Below are positions 8,723 through 19,529 of a stretch of 56,087 bases of DNA, piece after piece. Position numbers and translations under genes: made by a program. How positions within the stretch are numbered: the stretch's first letter is position 1; each line of letters starts with the position of its first letter. This DNA is from Candidatus Brocadiia bacterium (GTDB lineage Bacteria; Planctomycetota; Brocadiia; SM23-32). A model generated the notes under the pieces. That model was not told where the DNA came from. It saw only the letters and a list, made by a program, of their open reading frames with translations, and made no database searches. The stretch is from the NCBI GenBank assembly GCA_046538485.1, contig JBKHIT010000031.1, positions 1-56,087 on the forward strand. Reading direction: 5' to 3'.

Positions 8723-11027
8723 ATCCTCCGAAAACCAACATTGTGACCGTCGGTGGCGGATGTTGCTGGTCGGCATCCGGCTCCTGGGAGCATTGCTGCT
8801 TTTGACCGCGGTCGGATTTGAACTGGCAAGCGTTCTGTTCCCGTTTCCGCGCCGGAAACTGCGGGAAGCGCGTTCGGTCCGGGCCTCAGCGGTTGTGCGC
8901 GACCGGAACGGGTGTATGCTCCGGCCTTTCCTCGGGGAAAAGGACTGCTGGCGAATCCGGGTCGATCTGGAGGAGATAAGTCCATGGCTCATCGAGGCGA
9001 CGATTGCTGTGGAGGATGAACGATTCGGCAGCCACCCGGGAGTCGATCCCATGGCCATCGGCCGGGCCCTCTTGAGCAATCTGAAAGCCGGCCGGATTGT
9101 CTCCGGGGCGTCCACAATAACGATGCAGAACGTCAGACTTGTCACACCTCGGCCTCGCAACCTTCGCGCGAAAGCAATCGAAGCATTCCGGGCGCTTCAG
9201 ATGGAAGGGGTTCAGTCCAAGAGGGAAATTATGGAATGTTATCTGAACCTCGCCCCGTACGGAGGCAACCTTGTCGGCGTGGAATCGGCCTCACGTGCGT
9301 ATTTCGGGAAAAGCGCCGACGACCTCACGCTTGGTGAAGCCGCTTTGCTGGCCGGACTGCCTCAGTCTCCCTGTCGTTTGAGACCCGATAGATATCCGGA
9401 AAAGGCCAGGAAACGCCGCAACCACGTCCTGGTTCGCATGCTCGAGCAGGAGTTTATTTCTTTTGACCAGTTCAGACGTGCCCTGCGGTCTCCGGTCAAA
9501 GCAGCGCGCCAATCTTTCCCGTTTGAAACCCCACATCTTGCCCGCAGTTTGAAACAGCGACACCCCCGGCGGAGGGAACTACATACGACCATTGATTTAG
9601 CGACTCAGCATGCCTGCGAACGGATAGCTCGGGAAAAAGTATCGCGACTACGGGCTCACGGCGTGACGAATGCGGCGGTGGTTGTGCTGGAGAACGATAC
9701 GGGGTCGGTCCGGGCGCTGGTAGGATCCTGCGATTTCTTCGCCCGCAAAGATCAGGGACAGGTCGATGGCACGCGGGCTCTCCGCTCGCCGGGATCGACT
9801 CTGAAACCGTTCACGTATGCTCTGGCCTTTGACAGCGGTGTGGCCACTCCTGCGACCGTTGTGGGAGATGTCCCTGTTCACTACCGGGATTATGACCCGG
9901 AGAATTATGACGGACAGTTCCGGGGGCCGGTGAGTGTCCGCGAGGCGCTTCGGGATTCTCTGAATGTGCCAGCCGTTATTCTTCTGGAGCGTGTTGGACA
10001 GAGACGCCTGTACAGTCTGCTGCGGGAACTGGGGTTGCGAAGTCTGACGAAACCACCTCAGCATTACGGTCTCGCCTTAACGCTCGGATCGGCGGATGTC
10101 CGGCTTCTGGAACTCACCGGGGCCTACGCCACACTGGCCCGGATGGGTAAACACCTGCCGGTGAGGTTCCTGAAGGATCAGGAAACACTGGAACCGGAGC
10201 CGGTTTTAGGTGAGGGAGCCTGCTACCTGGTTGCGCAGATTCTTTCGGATCCCGAGCATTTAAAGGAGGTCTTGCCTGAGGAGGCTGACCAGGAACTGCG
10301 GATGGCCTGGAAGACCGGGACGTCCCATGGACATCGGGATGCCTGGACGGTGGCGTTCACCCCGGATTTTACGGTCGGGGTATGGGTGGGCAACTTCACG
10401 GGCCGATCTTCGTCAGCACTGGTCGGAATAGAGGCGGCGGCGCCGATTGCGGCTGCCATAATGCGGCGTCTCCACGCGGACCGTCCACGGCGATGGTACG
10501 GAACTCCGGCGGAAATCGTGAAACGGAAAATCTGCGCGGTGAGTGGTCAGTCGGCCGGCCCTCACTGCGAGAAAACTGCCGAAGGTTATTTTATCCGCGG
10601 GAAATCGAGCCCGCGTGAATGCACCGTGCATATACCGGTGCAGACGGAGGGCTCAGAGAAACCGCGGATTGGGGAGGCCTGGCCGCCGGGGCTGGCCGCC
10701 TGGTTCCGCCGGCACGAGCCGGATCGGCCTCTGGTTGGCGCTGGGGGATTACGGGGCGCAGCCGGCCGGAAAAGCCCGAAAATTATCCTCCCGGCATCCG
10801 GAGAATCGTACGTGAAACTCTCCGAAAGTTCGGTGTCCGGGGATCAGCGGCTGGCTCTGTTGGCCGATGCGGCCGTGGATCGGGTGTTCTGGTTTGTCGA
10901 TGACCGGTTTGTGGTGTCGGGCCCGCCGCTGGAGAAAGTCTTCTGGGAAATGGAGTTCGGCCGGCACCGGATCGCGTGCTCGGATGAGAAGGGACGGACG
11001 GCCTGCGTGACGATTACGGTGCGGTGA
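8712..11027 (+). CDS. pbpC: Penicillin-binding protein 1C
   Basis: Transglycosylase motifs EDERF, GASTITMQ; transpeptidase SPGSTLKPF, SLN, KTGTS; C-terminal PBP1C domain. Start uncertain: GTG at 8712 overlapping the A2M stop, or ATG at 8760. Confidence 0.93.
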   Translation: MSNESSENQHCDRRWRMLLVGIRLLGALLLLTAVGFELASVLFPFPRRKLREARSVRASAVVRDRNGCMLRPFLGEKDCWRIRVDLEEISPWLIEATIAVEDERFGSHPGVDPMAIGRALLSNLKAGRIVSGASTITMQNVRLVTPRPRNLRAKAIEAFRALQMEGVQSKREIMECYLNLAPYGGNLVGVESASRAYFGKSADDLTLGEAALLAGLPQSPCRLRPDRYPEKARKRRNHVLVRMLEQEFISFDQFRRALRSPVKAARQSFPFETPHLARSLKQRHPRRRELHTTIDLATQHACERIAREKVSRLRAHGVTNAAVVVLENDTGSVRALVGSCDFFARKDQGQVDGTRALRSPGSTLKPFTYALAFDSGVATPATVVGDVPVHYRDYDPENYDGQFRGPVSVREALRDSLNVPAVILLERVGQRRLYSLLRELGLRSLTKPPQHYGLALTLGSADVRLLELTGAYATLARMGKHLPVRFLKDQETLEPEPVLGEGACYLVAQILSDPEHLKEVLPEEADQELRMAWKTGTSHGHRDAWTVAFTPDFTVGVWVGNFTGRSSSALVGIEAAAPIAAAIMRRLHADRPRRWYGTPAEIVKRKICAVSGQSAGPHCEKTAEGYFIRGKSSPRECTVHIPVQTEGSEKPRIGEAWPPGLAAWFRRHEPDRPLVGAGGLRGAAGRKSPKIILPASGESYVKLSESSVSGDQRLALLADAAVDRVFWFVDDRFVVSGPPLEKVFWEMEFGRHRIACSDEKGRTACVTITVR

Positions 11028-11049
11028 AGCTGAGTGCGGAACAAAATAT

Positions 11050-11151
11050 AAGGGATGTAAGGGACCAAAGGGACAGAAGGGACACCTGAAACGTGACACA
11101 AACTGCTTGAAATGCGGCGTTGTGTAAGCCCCTCAGGTCCCTTCTGCCCTT
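11050..11151. repeat. 9-bp-array element with conserved core, copy 2; forward and inverted arrays could form a hairpin
   Basis: aagggatgt aagggacca aagggacag aagggacac, core ctgaaacgtgacacaaactgcttgaaatgcg, then agcccctc aggtccctt ctgccctt. Confidence 0.85.
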
Positions 11152-11460
11152 AACCCGCTTTCCTCAAGCGGCGCCAGTGCTGCAGCTGCGCGTCGGGATG
11201 CGGGACGGCAACTGCGGGGATTCTATTGTCGGCGAAATCTGGGAGGAAGCTCTGGAATAAATTGCACAGAAGAGTAAAATGCACGAGATCGGGAATCCCC
11301 GGGCAGTCTGAAAATGGAATGATGATTTTGATTGAATAAACATGTAATATACTTCAAGATCCCAAATCCAAGAGGAGCGGGAACTACTCGGGTTCTATGT
11401 GTAAAACGGGCGTGTTTTTGGCTCGATTTAAGCCTTTTGTTATTGCCGTGATTGATCAAC

Positions 11461-13440
11461 ATGGGAAAAAGCATCAGCGACGAATACTGTGACGCGCAAT
11501 CGTTTCTTGCCCATCGTCTGGACGACGATCTTGTCGAGGAATTCCGGGACGGTGATTTTGCCGAAAATCTGATGGATTATTTCCGTGGTCGGCCGGAGCC
11601 GCCCATTCTGTTTTCGGGCGACCGGTTATCGGACATCGCCTGTCTGGCGGAGGAATGTGATCCCCAGGAATACGCCTGGGAAAAAGAAATTGCCGATCAG
11701 GCGGTGGACGGGAAAGTGTATGGCGCCAGCAACGCCTACTGTCATCGTTTCCTGGATTTGCCGGAAGATTTTGAGTTCACGGAACATCCCAATCCGGATC
11801 CTCAGACCATTCACGGCATTAACCGGCAGCGGTGGTATGCCAGCCTGGCCCGCCAGTGCTGGCGGAACCAGGATCGTCGGTATTTCGATGCTCTGATGGA
11901 GCACTGGGACTTTTTTGTCCAGCGGGTTCCATTTGGTGATATGAAGGAGCGGATTTCAGCGTACAACGGCATCGGGGAGCCGTCACCCCCTGCCCCGTGG
12001 TGGCAGCTGGACTGCTATATCCGGCTTAAAAACTGGTACTGGGCCTACTGGTCGGTTCTTTACGCCAGCCAAATGACGCCGGAACGTCATACCGTGTTGC
12101 TCGCCCGGTGCCTGCGATTGTTCGATATCGTGGCGGCGCGCGGGATCGGACAGCACGAGCATAATTTTACCAGTATGCAGATGGAATCGTTGTATCTGTG
12201 GGCCGCTGCGCTGCCCGAGGTGATCGGAATGGATGTGTGGAAGAACGCGGCCCGCGTCAATCTGGAGTCCAGCCTGCGTCGCGCCGTCTTTGAGGACGGG
12301 GTGCAATGGGAAAAATCCGCCGGTTACCACCGTGGATGTATGCGATGGTACGGGACGCCGTATGCCCTGGGTCAGCGAATCGGTGATCCGTGGGCGGAAG
12401 AATACGGGGAAAAACTGCGCAAGATGGCAGAGTATCTCGACGCCGTGGTCACCCCCGATGGAAACACTTCACTGCTTTCGGATTCGGACCGGGTGGCGGA
12501 TTGGCGTTCTCCCATGGCTCTTATACAAAGTCTCTGGCCCGGCATGCGGCTGTGCAATCCCGTGCCCCCCTCATACTACAGCCTGTGGGCGACAAACGGA
12601 CGGACCTGGGAACAGCAAGAACCGAAACCCGCTCCGGCTGTGCGCGTTTTTCCCGAGGGAGGCGTGGGCGTGATGCGGGAGGGCGATGAAATGCTGATCC
12701 TCGATAACGGTCCGACCGATGCGGGCCACAGCCATTTCGACAATATGACCGTTCATTACGACGCCTTCGAAAAACCGATTATCGTGGATCCGGGCCGCCA
12801 TATCTACAACGGCGACCAGAAACGCGACTGGGTGATGAAACCCCAGAGCCACAATCTGATCATGCCGGAGGACCAGCCGATTGGCACGGATGACCGCGGC
12901 AATCCGCCCGCGGTGCGACGCGTCAGCCATGGCGACGATCGACTGGATACGGTGGAATCGGAGGCGCGAGATGACAGTTCTTTACTCACGACCGCATTCC
13001 GTGGATACCGTGTCGATCGCACGGCGTCGGCCCGCAGAACGGTGGCAATGGGGCGTGACCCCGAACAGCCCTGGCTGCTCGTGGTCGACCGCGTTCAGTC
13101 AGCTGAGCCACACACATGGACCAACAACTGGTTGTTTCCCACCGATCAGGACTTGAAGGGAGTCGAGGACCATTATGAACTTGAACTTGAATCGGGTGTC
13201 CAACTATTCTTGTTTTGGGTGGGTGATCTGCAACTCCGTAATGAGGAGCGGTTCTGGTGCCGAAACTACAACGAGCATGAACCGGCCCGATGGTTGCGAT
13301 TCTCCGGAGACCCGGTTGAACGTGAGATACGAGCCTTCGCGTTCATTCCCCAGCGCACGACATCTGAACCGGAGGTGGAGTTGAAAATTGTGGGAGAGAA
13401 AGTGCTGTTTGAATCTCAGAGTGTTGCGGTGAAAATTTAG
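11461..13440 (+). CDS. Heparinase II/III-like polysaccharide lyase, no signal peptide
   Basis: HNF, DGVQWEKSAGYH, GHSHFD, IVDPG, SHN motifs typical of heparinase II/III (PL12-like) proteins. Confidence 0.8.
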   Translation: MGKSISDEYCDAQSFLAHRLDDDLVEEFRDGDFAENLMDYFRGRPEPPILFSGDRLSDIACLAEECDPQEYAWEKEIADQAVDGKVYGASNAYCHRFLDLPEDFEFTEHPNPDPQTIHGINRQRWYASLARQCWRNQDRRYFDALMEHWDFFVQRVPFGDMKERISAYNGIGEPSPPAPWWQLDCYIRLKNWYWAYWSVLYASQMTPERHTVLLARCLRLFDIVAARGIGQHEHNFTSMQMESLYLWAAALPEVIGMDVWKNAARVNLESSLRRAVFEDGVQWEKSAGYHRGCMRWYGTPYALGQRIGDPWAEEYGEKLRKMAEYLDAVVTPDGNTSLLSDSDRVADWRSPMALIQSLWPGMRLCNPVPPSYYSLWATNGRTWEQQEPKPAPAVRVFPEGGVGVMREGDEMLILDNGPTDAGHSHFDNMTVHYDAFEKPIIVDPGRHIYNGDQKRDWVMKPQSHNLIMPEDQPIGTDDRGNPPAVRRVSHGDDRLDTVESEARDDSSLLTTAFRGYRVDRTASARRTVAMGRDPEQPWLLVVDRVQSAEPHTWTNNWLFPTDQDLKGVEDHYELELESGVQLFLFWVGDLQLRNEERFWCRNYNEHEPARWLRFSGDPVEREIRAFAFIPQRTTSEPEVELKIVGEKVLFESQSVAVKI

Positions 13441-13497
13441 AAATGCATGTCCCATTCGGGGGGAACGGCTTTTGTGATTCCTAAAAAGGAGAAGACG

Positions 13498-16400
13498 ATG
13501 CGTACAGCGTCTAAATTGTTGTTGGTGATTATTTGCGGTTGTACGTTTTTTCTGTCCAGTGCACGGGCTGCCAAAGACAGTGTGGCGACGGTCTCGTTGT
13601 TTGAGGAAGCGCCCACCCTCGACGGGGAAATCGAGCCGGGGGAGTGGGATGGTGCTGTGCGGACGACCGGATTCATGGCCCTGAAAGGAAGGTGGCTTGA
13701 ACGCGGGATGGGCGCCACCTATTGTGGGTTCACGCGCAAACGGCTATACGTGGCTCTTATCACCGAGCTGCCGCCGGATCAGCAGCTGAGGGCGCGGAAG
13801 AAATACCGTGACTCCGAGCTCATTTACGAGGACAGCTTTGAGATCTGGCTGGATCCATTCCGTAAAACAGAGGACGGTTGGAAAGGGGGAGGCACGTATT
13901 TCCAGACCATGGGGATTTCCAATGGCACCATTTCGGATACGAAATTCAGCAAAGAGGGCGCTCCCGATAAAGGCTGGAACGGAAACTGGGAATTCGCGAA
14001 CGGCATCCATACAGAGGTCACCGATGGGCCGAAGTGGGCCCAGCGCAATGGCGTATGGGTGGCCGAACTGAGCATACCGTTCAAGGATCTGGGCTGGGAG
14101 GGCGATCCGGTGGGACGCTCCATCGGCGTGCTGGTGGCGCGTAACTTCAAGCGCGCACGAGGATGGAAACAGGTTACCTGGTTTCCCCACAAAGGATCGT
14201 TTGTGAGCTGGTTTCAATATCCTGAAATAAAGCTCACCGAAGATAAACCATCGGTACAGATCCAGAAGCTGGGTGATAATGTGCTTTCCGGAGAAATCGA
14301 CCTGGAAACCCGTATCTTCAATCCCGGCCCCGAGCGGAGAGCAAAGGTGGCCCTGAAAATATCGTCTTCTGACATGCCGTCGGTGGAGGAGAAAAAGGTT
14401 ATGACGCTCCCGGCCGGTGAGGCCGTGACATACAAGCACAGCGTGCCCGCGGAACGGTTCCATGAAACCGCCAAACATAAGCTTGATCTGAAAGTGTCCT
14501 CCGAAGATGGCAGTAGCCAGTATCTGAACTATTTTGCGAACATCAAACAGCGGGGGCCGTTCTGGAACGTGCGCACCGGGCCCAACCCCAAAAAGGCCGT
14601 GCGACTGGCGTATTATCCCTCGTATAAATTCATCAAGGTTCGCGTGGATACCCGCGAACTTGCGAAGGACGCTGCTCAGGCCGAACGCGCCGACGTGCAG
14701 GTGAAATCGCCGGACGGTGAAATGGTGTTTGAAGGTGATTTTTCGTGGGAGGGCGACATCGCGGAGCAGCGATTCGATATCGGAGAGTTATCCGATGGCC
14801 AATATACCGTCGAGATCAAGGTGACTGGGGGCGATTACGAACGCAGTTTCAACCGCAATTTCCGTCGTGAGCATTATGTGTGGGAAAACAATAACCTTGG
14901 CGTCAGCGCAACTGTTTTTGAGCCGTTTGAGCCCATCGAAGTGGAGGGCAATGAAGTATCGGTCGTGATGCGGAAATATCGAAAAGGCGGATTGGGGCTG
15001 TGGGAATCCGTGCAGGCCGTGGGCAACGATCGGCGGAGTCAATACAGAGAATTGCTGACGGGTCCCATTTCCCTGCATATTGGGGATGAAACCCTCGACG
15101 GAGAAGGCCGGTTCACGAGCACGGAAGATCATAAAGTGGTCTACAAAGGGCGCGCCGACCATCCGGCAGTTCAGGTGCACAGCCGCACTGTGACGGAATT
15201 CGATGGATGCATGCGTGTGGAACTCACGCTGCGTCCCGGTAAAAAAGATGAAGAGCTGAAAAATCTCTACCTGGACATACCGGTGAAAGATGAACTGGCG
15301 TCGTTGTTCCACGTGACCACCACTGGATTGCGTCGCAATCCGGCCGATGTCACACCCGAAGGTAGTGGCCGTATCTGGGACAGCCGAGACTTTCCCGATG
15401 GCGAGTGGTATGGCAATTTCAACCCGTATTTATGGATCGGTGGCCCGGAACGAGGTATTTGCTGGTTCGCGGATAACGATCGAGGCTGGGTCCTGGATGC
15501 CAATCCCGGGGATCCATCCGAGTCCGTTCCAAGCCAGGAGCTGATCCGCAAAGGCGACACATTGACGTTGCGGGTCAATCTGGTGCAGAAACCGATCACG
15601 CTGGAGGACAAACGCACGATCGTGTTTGGATTGATGGCCAGCCCGGCCAAACCTATGCGGAAAGACTGGCGCAAATACGGGTTCAATCGCCAATACGAGG
15701 ATTACCCATGGGTTCGATGGATGGGATCGACGTACTGGGGCGCCGCCCAGACGATGAAAGAAACCTATCCCCTGAACGCCGATTTCTCCATCCTGGATAA
15801 GACCCAGGAAATGCGGTTGACAGGCAGCCGTGTCGGGAAAGGGGACTTCCTGCGTACGTGGGAACGGCGCAATCTGTCCGATTACGAGGCCCGGGGCCGC
15901 AAAAGCAAAAAACAGATCTTGAGCCTGGTGAATGGGACGCTGGAACGGGGCCGAGCCGCTCATAACAACGGCTACATGAACGTGTACTGGGAAGAATTCC
16001 ACCGTGTTTCCCGTTTCCACCCGGAAACCCAGGTGTTTGGAAACGAGTGGAGCGGTGGATACGGCAAGGGCAACATGCATAGCCTGACGCCCAGTTATCT
16101 CAATTTTCAGTGCTGGTATGGCGCGGAGTTTCTGCGACGCGGCGTCGGACTTTACTTCGACAACACGTTCCCGAAAAGGGCGTATGATCCGGTGACGACC
16201 AGTGCGTATCGTTTGCCCAATGGCGATATTCAGCCCAGCGCCAATATGTGGCGGCATCGCGAGTATCTGCGGCGCATCTGGACGCTGCACAAACAGCTGG
16301 CTCCCGCCGACACGCCGCCGATCATGATGCTCCACATGACGAACACCCATATCGTGCCGTATATGGTGTGGAATCAGTCCAATCTCGATCTTGAATGGTT

Positions 16401-16929
16401 CTACGGCCCCGATCCCCAGCAGTCAAAATATCCCCACGCGTTGCTTCGCACGGAATCAATGGGGCTGCAAACGGGGAATCTCCCACTCGCCCTGGCGCAT
16501 ATCAAGGACGTCGAATCGAAAGAGGAGCGGCAGAGGGCTCAACGCAGTCGATTCGGGACGCTGTTCGTGCATGAAATCAAATGGCGATATAAAGGCGCCG
16601 GAGCGAAAATGATGCGGAAAGTTCTGGATTTCGGATACGGGCGCGAGGATTGCGCGGTCTATAACTACTGGGATCCCGACGATCCCGTCATGACGTCCAA
16701 TTCCGAGGTGAAATCCATCCTGCTGGAGCGGGACGGTCAACTGCTGCTCGTCCTGACCACCTGGAACGGCGAACCGGAGACCGTGACGGTGTCTCTGGAC
16801 AGCCAGAATCTGGACGTTGATCCCGAGACCGTCGTGGACGCTGAGACGGAGGAGTCCATCGAACTTGACGGGGATGAGTTTGCGCTCGAGATGGAAGGCT
16901 ATGGCGTGCGCATGATTCGAATCAGATAG
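13498..16929 (+). CDS. Secreted DUF6067-like putative glycoside hydrolase with N-terminal CBM9-like domain
   Basis: RBS aaggag, signal peptide (..SSARA), PTLDGEIEPGEW, GLYFDN; paralogous to 40422-43976. Confidence 0.6.
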   Translation: MRTASKLLLVIICGCTFFLSSARAAKDSVATVSLFEEAPTLDGEIEPGEWDGAVRTTGFMALKGRWLERGMGATYCGFTRKRLYVALITELPPDQQLRARKKYRDSELIYEDSFEIWLDPFRKTEDGWKGGGTYFQTMGISNGTISDTKFSKEGAPDKGWNGNWEFANGIHTEVTDGPKWAQRNGVWVAELSIPFKDLGWEGDPVGRSIGVLVARNFKRARGWKQVTWFPHKGSFVSWFQYPEIKLTEDKPSVQIQKLGDNVLSGEIDLETRIFNPGPERRAKVALKISSSDMPSVEEKKVMTLPAGEAVTYKHSVPAERFHETAKHKLDLKVSSEDGSSQYLNYFANIKQRGPFWNVRTGPNPKKAVRLAYYPSYKFIKVRVDTRELAKDAAQAERADVQVKSPDGEMVFEGDFSWEGDIAEQRFDIGELSDGQYTVEIKVTGGDYERSFNRNFRREHYVWENNNLGVSATVFEPFEPIEVEGNEVSVVMRKYRKGGLGLWESVQAVGNDRRSQYRELLTGPISLHIGDETLDGEGRFTSTEDHKVVYKGRADHPAVQVHSRTVTEFDGCMRVELTLRPGKKDEELKNLYLDIPVKDELASLFHVTTTGLRRNPADVTPEGSGRIWDSRDFPDGEWYGNFNPYLWIGGPERGICWFADNDRGWVLDANPGDPSESVPSQELIRKGDTLTLRVNLVQKPITLEDKRTIVFGLMASPAKPMRKDWRKYGFNRQYEDYPWVRWMGSTYWGAAQTMKETYPLNADFSILDKTQEMRLTGSRVGKGDFLRTWERRNLSDYEARGRKSKKQILSLVNGTLERGRAAHNNGYMNVYWEEFHRVSRFHPETQVFGNEWSGGYGKGNMHSLTPSYLNFQCWYGAEFLRRGVGLYFDNTFPKRAYDPVTTSAYRLPNGDIQPSANMWRHREYLRRIWTLHKQLAPADTPPIMMLHMTNTHIVPYMVWNQSNLDLEWFYGPDPQQSKYPHALLRTESMGLQTGNLPLALAHIKDVESKEERQRAQRSRFGTLFVHEIKWRYKGAGAKMMRKVLDFGYGREDCAVYNYWDPDDPVMTSNSEVKSILLERDGQLLLVLTTWNGEPETVTVSLDSQNLDVDPETVVDAETEESIELDGDEFALEMEGYGVRMIRIR

Positions 16930-16991
16930 GATCCGGAAAAGAGTTCTGGAGGGGTTTTGAGTATAAGACCGGTAATGAACGGGAGAAGATT

Positions 16992-19184
16992 ATGAAAAAA
17001 AATTATGCGGTAATGGAAATCGGCCGGCATGGCGTCAGGGGGATGGCAGATAGAATTAACATGTTCGTGTTCTGCGTCGTGATTCTGAGCTTTCTCTCCC
17101 CGCTGTCCGTTCATGGGCAGCCCGCTGAAATCGCCCTGGATTTTGATGAAGACGGGCTCGCCGGTGTTTCTTTCGATGGAATAGATGTGCTTTCGGATCC
17201 CGCCCCGAAGGTGATCCGCGTGGTGATGTCCGATAAATTCCGCGATCGCAACACTGAATCACAGAAACGCGAGATGTATGTGCCCGATGATCGCAACTTT
17301 TCGGAAGCGGATACGGAGATAATCAAGCGCCGTTTCGATCCGGGAAAGAAGGTTTGTACCCTGGAATTGGATTGGGGCGAAGTGATCATTGATTATCAGC
17401 CGGGGCCCGAAGGGCTTGATTTTCATGTGGAGGTGATAAACGAATCGGATAAAATCATCGAGTACGTGCGACTGAAACTTCTGGAGCTGAATTTTCCGGG
17501 ACAGGTTGAGACCGAGTGGGTCAGGAAACTGCCCCGCTGGGCCGTTTCGGAGTGCAATATCGGCGGGCCTGACCTGCTGCGCGCGCTCTATCGGAAGGGC
17601 CGGCAGAGCGGTCAAGTGCTGTGGTTGAGCACCCAGCCGAACCGTCCCATGCGACAGAGGTTGCAGCGACGGGGTGAGGATAGATGGGAAGTTCAGGCAC
17701 GCGCCGGGAATCCCGAGAGAGGAGTCGAGGTGAAATCGGGGCGTAACGGTTTCGATGGGATATGGGATTCCCGACCCATAAGGCCCGGGGGGAAAGACGA
17801 GTATGAGCTTAGCTTACGGTTTGCTCCCGGTGATGCCGACCCTTATGAGCTGGCCTCGGACGTTTACCGGCGATTCGGAGAGGCTTATCCCTCCACTTTC
17901 CAGTGGCCGGACAGACGACCGATCGCTGCGGTTCATGTGGCAGATTCCCATTCGGTGAGCGAAGAGAACCCGCGAGGCTGGCGCCATGGTATTAACCCGC
18001 CCGACGGCTGGAGTATAGAAGATGAGAACAGTCATGAGGTCTTTTATGAAGCTGCGATGAAGGGCGCGGAACGCATAATAGACGTTTGCAAGCGGATGGG
18101 CGCCCAGGGGGTTGTGGTCTGGCAGGTCGAGGGAATGGAGTTCCAGGGCCCGGCCTATTATGGGGAACCAAGGCATCTGCGCTATGTGGCTCCGGAGATG
18201 GACGCGGCCGCCGACGATTTCTTTGCCAAAATCAAAGATGCTGGCCTTCGAGTGGGTATTACCATTCGCCCGCCGATTCACTTGCCCCGAAGCGCCGAGA
18301 CCGGCGAGGAAGTGAAGTGGGCGGAGATGACCAAACTGGTGGGACGCAACTGGATGCCTGAGATTCCCCGGAACAGTACCCATCTCTATGATCCCGAAGA
18401 AGCCTGGTGCGTATTGAACCGCCTGGCTAATAAGATCGAATATGCCAGAAAACGCTGGGGAGCGACGCTTTTTTATCTTGATACCAATAGCTTCTGGAGA
18501 CCGCGCGTCCTTGGTGAAGAGGGGCCGACCGACTGGCAGACCAAACGGCTGCCGGCGGCCATGTTTGGAACTCTCAATAAAATGTTTCCAGATGTGCTGA
18601 TTATACCAGAACATCAGTATCCGGAATATTGGGCCCATGGGGCTCAGTACCAGCATGTCCCCGGCATGTTTGGGACTATAACCCCGCCCGGCGTGCGTTA
18701 TGCCTATCCGGAGTCTTTTTCGGTTATAACCGGCGATACCGGGCATATCCTTGAAAACCGTGCGAATTATGTCCGCGCCGCCGTGGAAGGCGACACTTTC
18801 TGGGGGCATGGTTGGTTTGGCGGAAGTATGGAAAAGATCAATGCCCTGTTTCAACCTGCCGTGAAGCTGGCCCCGTATCACGTTGAGGTGGACGCTGAGG
18901 AGAAGGAGATTTTGGTGACGGAGCGGGAGGTCGCCGGGCTCCAGGTCTCCGATGTCTTGGATAACGACGCGGAAGTAGAGGTTGTGGGACGTGAGAAGTT
19001 CGGGGAACTGGAGGCTCTGACTGAATTTTTTACCAAACGACTGGAGGCAGATGGCTCGGTTCCACAGAGGCGCGTTTATGTGCGCTATGAGGAGGGCATT
19101 TCCCCCGAGGCGTTGAATGCAGTGCTGGATGCTATAACCGCCGGGGGCGGGATAATAGCCTGGAGCCAGGCGGAGGAGGATTGA
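16992..19184 (+). CDS. Secreted hypothetical protein, putative glycoside hydrolase; C-terminal ExbD/TolR-like domain
   Basis: 730-aa ORF with hydrophobic signal-like segment; clear block similarity to 36405-38048 (WPDRRPI, KIEYARKRWG, FYLDT, PDVLIIPE). Confidence 0.6.
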   Translation: MKKNYAVMEIGRHGVRGMADRINMFVFCVVILSFLSPLSVHGQPAEIALDFDEDGLAGVSFDGIDVLSDPAPKVIRVVMSDKFRDRNTESQKREMYVPDDRNFSEADTEIIKRRFDPGKKVCTLELDWGEVIIDYQPGPEGLDFHVEVINESDKIIEYVRLKLLELNFPGQVETEWVRKLPRWAVSECNIGGPDLLRALYRKGRQSGQVLWLSTQPNRPMRQRLQRRGEDRWEVQARAGNPERGVEVKSGRNGFDGIWDSRPIRPGGKDEYELSLRFAPGDADPYELASDVYRRFGEAYPSTFQWPDRRPIAAVHVADSHSVSEENPRGWRHGINPPDGWSIEDENSHEVFYEAAMKGAERIIDVCKRMGAQGVVVWQVEGMEFQGPAYYGEPRHLRYVAPEMDAAADDFFAKIKDAGLRVGITIRPPIHLPRSAETGEEVKWAEMTKLVGRNWMPEIPRNSTHLYDPEEAWCVLNRLANKIEYARKRWGATLFYLDTNSFWRPRVLGEEGPTDWQTKRLPAAMFGTLNKMFPDVLIIPEHQYPEYWAHGAQYQHVPGMFGTITPPGVRYAYPESFSVITGDTGHILENRANYVRAAVEGDTFWGHGWFGGSMEKINALFQPAVKLAPYHVEVDAEEKEILVTEREVAGLQVSDVLDNDAEVEVVGREKFGELEALTEFFTKRLEADGSVPQRRVYVRYEEGISPEALNAVLDAITAGGGIIAWSQAEED

Positions 19185-19331
19185 TTACCGCACTGGAGTA
19201 TTAACAGGAATAACCTGGTGAGATTGTAAACGGCAAGGTGCTTATTCATGTAACTTTTAGCACCCGGAACCGGGCACAATACATCGATGCCGGAATTCGT
19301 AAAGACCTTCACCCTTACATCTGCGGGATTT

Positions 19332-19494
19332 TGCTATGCCGTTTTTTTCGGTGAGTCAGACACGCCTTAAAACGCTCAAAAGCTACATAGAGAATCAGGA
19401 AGAACATCATAAAACTATGACATTTAAAGATGAATTGCGGAAGTTTCTTGATAAATGTTCTGTCGATTATGACGAAGAATATCTTTGGGATTAA
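19332..19494 (+). pseudogene. IS200/IS605-type (Y1/RAYT-like) tyrosine transposase C-terminal remnant
   Basis: Hand translation FSVSQTRLKTLKSYIENQEEHHKTMTFKDELRKFLDKCSVDYDEEYLWD*; upstream YAV is in another frame across a T7 run; N-terminal HUH half missing; not in the ORF track. Confidence 0.85.
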
Positions 19495-19529
19495 TTTGTC
19501 TGTAGAATTGCGGTGGCCGGAGGAGAAGT

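Noticed and set aside
11461..16929. TAG readthrough fusing the heparinase-like and DUF6067-like ORFs (same frame across 13438-13446)
   Set aside because: The downstream gene has its own RBS and signal peptide at 13498; a shared frame has a one-in-three chance
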